Positions 58,179 through 64,000 of a stretch of 64,000 bases of DNA are shown piece after piece (position 1 is the first letter of the stretch; the number at the start of each line of letters is the position of its first letter). The position numbers and the translations under genes were made by a program. The notes beneath the pieces are model-generated. The model did no database searches and was not told the origin of the DNA. It saw only the letters and a list, made by a program, of their open reading frames with translations. The stretch comes from a bacterium (GTDB lineage: Bacteria > Zhuqueibacterota > Zhuqueibacteria > Residuimicrobiales > Krinioviventaceae), in NCBI GenBank assembly GCA_963693055.1, contig OY843751.1:3200001-3264000 (forward strand). The letters are read 5' to 3'.

Positions 58179-59546
58179 CTATTCAAGCAGGGTCATTTTC
58201 TTTGTCATTACACCGTTTGGTGTCTCAAGACGATAAAAATAAATACCTGAAGGTAATTCTTTAGCTTCAAAGGTAACTTTATGTTCACCTGCTGACAATC
58301 TACCATCAACCAACTGTGCAACTCGGTGTCCTAGCAAATTATAGACATTCAAAATTGTTTGTCCATCTTGGGCAAGTGAGAATTGAATGCTGGTTTCAGG
58401 ATTAAATGGATTGGGGTAATTTTGTTTTAATGCCATGGATTGAGGATAAGCTGCTGCATTATCATCTTCAATTGCAGTTGCATTGGTTGCCCAACGAGGA
58501 TCACCAATAGCGCCACCGTCTGATGCATATGTCAATAATGCAGAACCGGCAGGTAAAGTAAAATCGCCATTTTCGGGATCAGCAAATTCAGGATCAATAG
58601 CCAAAGTATCAGAAACCGGATGATCACGCCAGTTACGTGCACCTACATCCCACAAACAAATATTATTAATAACTGCCTGTTCAGGAGTTACGGTTTCTTT
58701 GATATTGATTACTACCTTGTCTTTATTGATCTGTTGAACACAAATAGAGTTACTTACCTGCCATTGACCCAAGTGTGGTCCTTTTTCACAAAGAATCACT
58801 TCACGGCCATCTTCAGTACCAATGTTATACCACGTGGTACGATCAATAACAACAGATGGTGTATTCAAGGGGAAATTGCTTTCAACAGGACCCGCAACGC
58901 GAAAACCATAACTATTAATCGTATTAAAAGTTGAATTAGTTAAAGAAATAAAATTTGCACCACAGTATTTATAGTAAATAGAAGTGCCAGTGTTTTCCAT
59001 AATTACATTATCTACAAAAGTAGAATCTACAATAACATTACCGCGCATATCTGAACCACCGGCTGCAATAACGTCACTGACAAAATCATGAATGTAACAA
59101 TTTTCGACTCTGATTTTATTAATAGTAGCTTCGTTTGGAGTTTCACCCATATAAAAGGTAATCAGATAATCTGCACTGGGTGCACTACCGAATGAACCAT
59201 CAATTTCAAGGTTTCTTAAAGTTAAAGAGGCATTATCGCCAACTTCAAAAAAACGAATGGTACTTTCACCATCGGGGGGAGTTTGTATTTTCAAAATTGC
59301 TTTGGCAATCGCGGCATCGCCACCTTCAACATCAATTGTTATATTTTTGTCTACAATGGTACCAAAAATATAACCCGTTGATTCGGTGTATTCACCCTCA
59401 GGTACCAGTTCAAGTATATCTCCATCCTGAGCATCTGTCAGAGCCTGGGTCAAGGTACCCTCACCGGGGTATACAGTAACAATATTTTGTGAAAAACCAA
59501 CTGCAGTTAATGCAACCAAACAAACAATAACTAACCAATTCTTCAT
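58179..59546 (-). CDS. secreted pectin-lyase-like beta-helix protein (DUF4957/DUF5123-like) with T9SS CTD
   Basis: GTLTQAL..DGDILEL, repetitive beta-helix rungs, DPEFADPENGDFTL...IGDPRW, NYPNPFNP. Confidence 0.75.
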   Translation of the reverse strand: MKNWLVIVCLVALTAVGFSQNIVTVYPGEGTLTQALTDAQDGDILELVPEGEYTESTGYIFGTIVDKNITIDVEGGDAAIAKAILKIQTPPDGESTIRFFEVGDNASLTLRNLEIDGSFGSAPSADYLITFYMGETPNEATINKIRVENCYIHDFVSDVIAAGGSDMRGNVIVDSTFVDNVIMENTGTSIYYKYCGANFISLTNSTFNTINSYGFRVAGPVESNFPLNTPSVVIDRTTWYNIGTEDGREVILCEKGPHLGQWQVSNSICVQQINKDKVVINIKETVTPEQAVINNICLWDVGARNWRDHPVSDTLAIDPEFADPENGDFTLPAGSALLTYASDGGAIGDPRWATNATAIEDDNAAAYPQSMALKQNYPNPFNPETSIQFSLAQDGQTILNVYNLLGHRVAQLVDGRLSAGEHKVTFEAKELPSGIYFYRLETPNGVMTKKMTLLE

Positions 59547-59637
59547 TTCTCATTCCTCCGTAATATTTATGATTATTGATATTAAATTCAGGTATCATAA
59601 AATCCTGACGAATATTACAGTGGAATATAATATGAAA

Positions 59638-59723
59638 AGCAGGATTTGTAAATCCTGCTCAGTTCAGAAAAGGTTCAATATTGTTCAGACGGGGTATAAA
59701 TGCGTATTTTGTGGTATTTTGTG
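59638..59723 (-). promoter_or_regulatory. candidate HTCS (AraC-type) binding repeats and operator upstream of the pectin operon
   Basis: Minus strand CTGAAC-AATA-TTGAAC-CTTTT-CTGAAC (59662-59688); palindrome AGCAGGATTT-GT-AAATCCTGCT (59638-59659); tandem GTATTTTGTG x2 (59704-59723). Confidence 0.6.
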
Positions 59724-59727
59724 GGTT

Positions 59728-62700
59728 TTATTCCTGAATCTCTGCTTTAGACTCTCTATATTCAGAGGGTGTTTTGCTATATTCCTGTTGAAAACAGGTA
59801 CTAAAATATTTGGGATATTTGAAACCAACCCGATAGGCGATTTCACTAACCGTGAAATCTGTTTTTTGCAGCATTTGAGCAGCTTTTTTAAGACGCACAG
59901 CTTTAATAAATTCCTGCGGAGAATAGCCAATCAATTCCTTTAATTTCATAAACATCATGGTACGACTCACCCCAACATGATAAGCGAGATGGTTTACTCC
60001 CAATTCAGGGTCAGATAAATGTTCTTCAATATAATCTCGTATCTGTACAAGCATTTTTTCATCATGAGAAAACGGAGTAACCTGTGAAGGCTCAATGATG
60101 AGTTCCTTGCGATAACGTTCCTGCAACATTTTTCGGGATTTTAACATATTAGTTACACGGGCATCCAGAAATCGAAAGTGAAAAGGCTTTTCAATATAAT
60201 CATCTGCGCCAAATTCCATACCCTGTATTTTATCCTCAACCTCACTTTTGGCAGACAGCAGAATAATAGGTATGTGACTGGTAGAGATTTCCCCTTTTAA
60301 TCTTTTACATAATTCAATACCATCAATGCCCGGCATTACCACGTCGCTTATAATGAGACTTGGCATACGGGATTCTGCAAGTTCAAGTCCCTTATTGCCA
60401 TCCGGGGCATCAATTACTTTATACTTTTTGGACAACTGTTTTTTTAAATATGCCCGCATTTCAGGATCATCTTCAACTAAGAGCAATAAAGTTCGGTTAT
60501 CATTATCTTTTCCAGTTTCAAATTCTTGTTCCCGTATATCCCATATTTCTTCAATATCAGGAACATTTAAATTTTCCAAATGGTCAGCACCATTTTCATC
60601 ATGAATCATTTCCAGTTCAGTCAAATGGTCTGTTCCCAATGGAAGTTTAACCGTAAATTCACTACCTGACTCTTCCGTGCTTTTGACGAGTAATGTACCG
60701 GAATGCAGCTCGACAAACTTTTTGGATAATGCAAGACCTAATCCTGAACTTGCTTGTCCCTGTCTGTACCCACCTTTGGCATTGTAAAAACGCTCAAAAA
60801 TGTGAGGTAAATCCTCCTCACTAATCCCTTTTCCGGTATCACTCACCTTGATCAAAATAATAGATTTTTCATTCTCTACCAGGTTTTCAATACTTACTTT
60901 GATATTACCATAATCCGGAGTATATTTAAATGCATTATCGATAAGGTTCACCAATACTTCTTCCAATTTAGACCAGTCAAACCAACCCTCAATAGCATCC
61001 TGATCTGTATTCAATTCATAATCTATATTGTGCTTTTTAGCAGTTTCGGAAAACAATTCATAAATACGGCGTACAAATTGAATCAAATCATCCTTTGAGG
61101 TTTCAAGCGGCATTTTGCCATGTTCAACACGTCTGAAACAGAGCAGCTGTTGTACCAGGCGCATGAGATAACGAACATTTCTGTACATTAAACCCATCTC
61201 ATCTTTATACAGATCATTTTTGTTAGTAGCAAGCATCTCTTCCAGGGGAGCCTGTATCAATGTGAGCGGGGTTTTAAACTCGTGTGCAATATCAGTAAAA
61301 AATTGGAGTTTAAACTGGTTCATTTCTTTGGCCTTTTTACGCTCCAGCCTTTCCAACTTTAATTCATGCTTAACGTTGATCAACGCAAAGATATAAGCAT
61401 TCACACCATAAATTAAACCAATACCAACAATACCATAAATCAAATAAGCCCAAACAGTTCTGCTAAAAGGCCGGGGTATGTATATATTTATAGAAGCGCC
61501 GGTTTCGTTCCAAACGCCGTCGCTATTTGAACCTTTAACTTTAAAAGTATAATGCCCGGGATCAAGGTTGGTATAATTGGCAAACCGTCTGGTCCCGGTA
61601 TAATTCCATTCCTGCTCAAAGCCCTCAAGAATGTAGGCAAACTGGTTCTTTTCGGGAGCAATATAATCCAGCGCCGCAAATTCAAGAGATATCTGATTTT
61701 TATCAAAATCGAGTCTTAACGTATCATTTCCTTGAATGTAGGGAAAAACACTTTTGTTCAAAGGTTTGTTTAAAACACTGATATTTGTGATAACTATGGG
61801 TGGAATAAGCGGATTGGCCATTTTCTCTACATAATCCGGGAAAAAGGCATTAAATCCGTTATTACCGCCAAAGAACAGTTCACCGGTCTTGCTCTGAAAG
61901 CAGGAACGGTTCCAAAACTGGTTACCCTGCAAACCATCCTGCATATCATAATTTGTAAATTTTTGTTCATTACTTTCATATTTTGAAATTCCATTGGTTG
62001 TACTCAACCACAAATTACCATTCGTATCCTCTACTATACCTGCAATTACATTACTGGGTAAACCATCTGATTTATCAAAACGTATAAAATCATCATTTTC
62101 AGGATTATATTGATTCAATCCCTTGCGTGTTGCAATCCATAAACGGTCCTGGGAATCCTGAAAGATGTACTGGATAAAGTTACTGCTGAGACTGTTGGAA
62201 AAGTTGGCATCTGCTCGATAATGGGTATAACTATTATCAACAGGATTATAAGCTACGAGCCCGGATCGCAAATATCCGATCCAGAGGATGCCTTTTTTAT
62301 CAAAACAGATGGATACTACAGATTCATCATCAAGCACACCGGTTGAATCAAACTCTACAGGTTTAAAAATACCTGTACTTTTTTCAAAATAAATTACTCC
62401 TCCATTGGTTCCCAGCCATAATCCTTCTTCATCTTGCTGTAAAATAGCATTGATGAAATTATTTCCGGTAATGGGAGTTATTGTAACATAATATCGGTGG
62501 AACATGCCATTATCAATATTGAATTTATTGAGCCCCTCCTTTGTACCTGCCCAGATTGTACCGGTATTATCTTCCAGTATACAGGTAACCTGGTTACTGC
62601 TTATGGTTAAAGTATTGTTAACATTGTAAACATAATGAGAGACATTTTGGGTTGCCCGGGAAAAGCTTACCAATCCTTCACCTTCTGTCCCCAACCAGAG

Positions 62701-63861
62701 CTTACCTTTAGAGTCTTCTGCAATAGACAGTACTGTACTGTTGATAAAATCTGTTCCATCATTTAAATGAGTACCATAAAATTCAAACTTTTTTGTATTA
62801 CGGTAAAAGCTGTCAATACCGCTGCCATCCATACCCAGCCAGATCACTCCACTGCCATCCTGATAAATAATTCTGGCACTGTTGCTGCTAAGGCTGGAAG
62901 GATCATTTGCATCGGCTAAATAGGCATGAAAGCTTTGGGATTTACGGTCATAATAGTTCAAGCCACCATGTATAGTTGCAAACCATAAATTTTCTGACTC
63001 GTCTTCAAAAATATCCTTAATTTCATTACTGGCAATACTGGAGGGATTATTGGGGTCATTTATATAGGGAACAAAGCTCCCGGTATAAGGATTATGGACC
63101 TGAATTCCATCATAACGGCTGCCAATCCAAATATCTCCAAAGCTATCCTGAAAAATAGAGGTTATTCTCTTTTCATCTCCTTCGCTTGCATAATGGGTGA
63201 GCCTGTTACGCAGATTGTTTATCTTGTAAACATCATTAGAAGTGCCCAACCAGAGGTTTCCATCACGGTCTTCAAGAATTTCAGTTATATTTTCATTAAA
63301 AACCGGGCTGTTTGTATCCAATGGATTTGTATGAAAAGCAGTAAAAATTTCTTTTTCTTTATCAAATATTACCAAACCACTTCGAGTACCTACCCAAAAA
63401 GTACCATTATGATCAACTAGTAATGCACGCACAAAATTATCATTGAGACTTTGGGGGTCATCATTATCCTGTAGCCATTGATCAAAAGATTCAGTTTCAT
63501 AATTGAATCGATTCAATCCCCCGCCTTCAGTACCAATCCATAACTGGCCCTCATTATCTTGCATGATGCAACGAATCCAATCGGAAGAGATTGATGTGGA
63601 GTCAAATATATCATGTCCATAAACGGCAAAATTATATCCATCAAACCGATTCAGGCCATCCTGGGTGCCAAACCATAAAAATCCATAACTATCCTGTAGT
63701 ATACAATCCACCCTGCCATCAGACAAGCCGTTATTAATGGTCAGATGATCAAATGTCACTCTTTCATGCTGAGAATGAGCTGCGATATTCAACAATAATA
63801 CTAGTATGAAAATGGAAAATTTATTCATGATAGATAACCAAATATTATCAATATTAAGCAT
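59728..63861 (-). CDS. hybrid two-component system (Reg_prop propellers, Y_Y_Y, TM, HisKA, HATPase, REC, AraC HTH)
   Basis: QDSYGFLWFGTQDGLNRFDG repeats, YTNLDPGHY, AHEFKTPL, SDVVMP, SEIAYRVGF; probable start at ATG 63828. Confidence 0.96.
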   Translation of the reverse strand: MLNIDNIWLSIMNKFSIFILVLLLNIAAHSQHERVTFDHLTINNGLSDGRVDCILQDSYGFLWFGTQDGLNRFDGYNFAVYGHDIFDSTSISSDWIRCIMQDNEGQLWIGTEGGGLNRFNYETESFDQWLQDNDDPQSLNDNFVRALLVDHNGTFWVGTRSGLVIFDKEKEIFTAFHTNPLDTNSPVFNENITEILEDRDGNLWLGTSNDVYKINNLRNRLTHYASEGDEKRITSIFQDSFGDIWIGSRYDGIQVHNPYTGSFVPYINDPNNPSSIASNEIKDIFEDESENLWFATIHGGLNYYDRKSQSFHAYLADANDPSSLSSNSARIIYQDGSGVIWLGMDGSGIDSFYRNTKKFEFYGTHLNDGTDFINSTVLSIAEDSKGKLWLGTEGEGLVSFSRATQNVSHYVYNVNNTLTISSNQVTCILEDNTGTIWAGTKEGLNKFNIDNGMFHRYYVTITPITGNNFINAILQQDEEGLWLGTNGGVIYFEKSTGIFKPVEFDSTGVLDDESVVSICFDKKGILWIGYLRSGLVAYNPVDNSYTHYRADANFSNSLSSNFIQYIFQDSQDRLWIATRKGLNQYNPENDDFIRFDKSDGLPSNVIAGIVEDTNGNLWLSTTNGISKYESNEQKFTNYDMQDGLQGNQFWNRSCFQSKTGELFFGGNNGFNAFFPDYVEKMANPLIPPIVITNISVLNKPLNKSVFPYIQGNDTLRLDFDKNQISLEFAALDYIAPEKNQFAYILEGFEQEWNYTGTRRFANYTNLDPGHYTFKVKGSNSDGVWNETGASINIYIPRPFSRTVWAYLIYGIVGIGLIYGVNAYIFALINVKHELKLERLERKKAKEMNQFKLQFFTDIAHEFKTPLTLIQAPLEEMLATNKNDLYKDEMGLMYRNVRYLMRLVQQLLCFRRVEHGKMPLETSKDDLIQFVRRIYELFSETAKKHNIDYELNTDQDAIEGWFDWSKLEEVLVNLIDNAFKYTPDYGNIKVSIENLVENEKSIILIKVSDTGKGISEEDLPHIFERFYNAKGGYRQGQASSGLGLALSKKFVELHSGTLLVKSTEESGSEFTVKLPLGTDHLTELEMIHDENGADHLENLNVPDIEEIWDIREQEFETGKDNDNRTLLLLVEDDPEMRAYLKKQLSKKYKVIDAPDGNKGLELAESRMPSLIISDVVMPGIDGIELCKRLKGEISTSHIPIILLSAKSEVEDKIQGMEFGADDYIEKPFHFRFLDARVTNMLKSRKMLQERYRKELIIEPSQVTPFSHDEKMLVQIRDYIEEHLSDPELGVNHLAYHVGVSRTMMFMKLKELIGYSPQEFIKAVRLKKAAQMLQKTDFTVSEIAYRVGFKYPKYFSTCFQQEYSKTPSEYRESKAEIQE

Positions 63862-63892
63862 TACATAGGGCTATTTATTCATCTCGTTATAA

Positions 63893-64000
63893 TTATTTTA
63901 CCCATTTGTTATGCAACGGGCCCATTTTTTCTACAGGAATAGTTTCCAGACCATAAATACTCATCACATCCGGTCCACATAACTGTTCAACGGTTTTCCC
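63893..64000 (-). CDS. C-terminal end of an unidentified CDS entering from the window edge
   Basis: Open frame GKTVEQLCGPDVMSIYGLETIPVEKMGPLHNKWVK* ending just upstream of the HTCS. Confidence 0.5.
   Translation of the reverse strand, partial: GKTVEQLCGPDVMSIYGLETIPVEKMGPLHNKWVK

Noticed and set aside
113-63420. Many short ORF-track entries antisense or out of frame to real genes (for example 113-466, 19324-19845, 29407-29862)
   Set aside because: They are shadows of well-supported genes with no recognisable motifs

Overview
AT-rich bacterial window, almost all genes on the minus strand, in three blocks. (1) 1-31.6 kb: a contiguous flagellar cluster (hypothetical, sensor kinase, sigma54 activator, flgB-flgC-orf-fliEFGHIJ-motE-fliK-flgD-TIGR02530-flgE, motAB-fliL, fliM-fliN/Y-fliOPQR-flhBAFG-orf-fliA-orf-cheY) with readable sigma54 and sigma28 promoters. 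(2) 31.9-43.2 kb: mixed accessory genes (Tat-exported enolase-superfamily enzyme, propeller hydrolase, MarR/DoxX, phosphoesterase, a decayed vWA chimera, lipid kinase/acyltransferase). (3) 43.3-64 kb: a pectin-utilisation locus (hybrid two-component regulator, PL1, PL10, GH28, TonB-dependent transporter) with NO SusD. The transporter is instead followed by a non-lipoprotein carrying a sorting-type C-terminal domain, a PorV-like barrel and a five-repeat lectin-like protein. T9SS-type C-terminal domains plus HTCS plus flagella suggest a non-Bacteroidota FCB lineage such as Calditrichota or KSB1 (inference). Most notable: the SusD-less TBDT/CTD-protein/PorV-like module; a flagellar system with several altered control parts (His-to-Asp kinase, FliM lacking its CheY-binding peptide, degenerate FlhF/FlhG, 1402-aa FliK); and two candidate structured regulatory RNAs. 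All family assignments come from motif recognition, not database searches.
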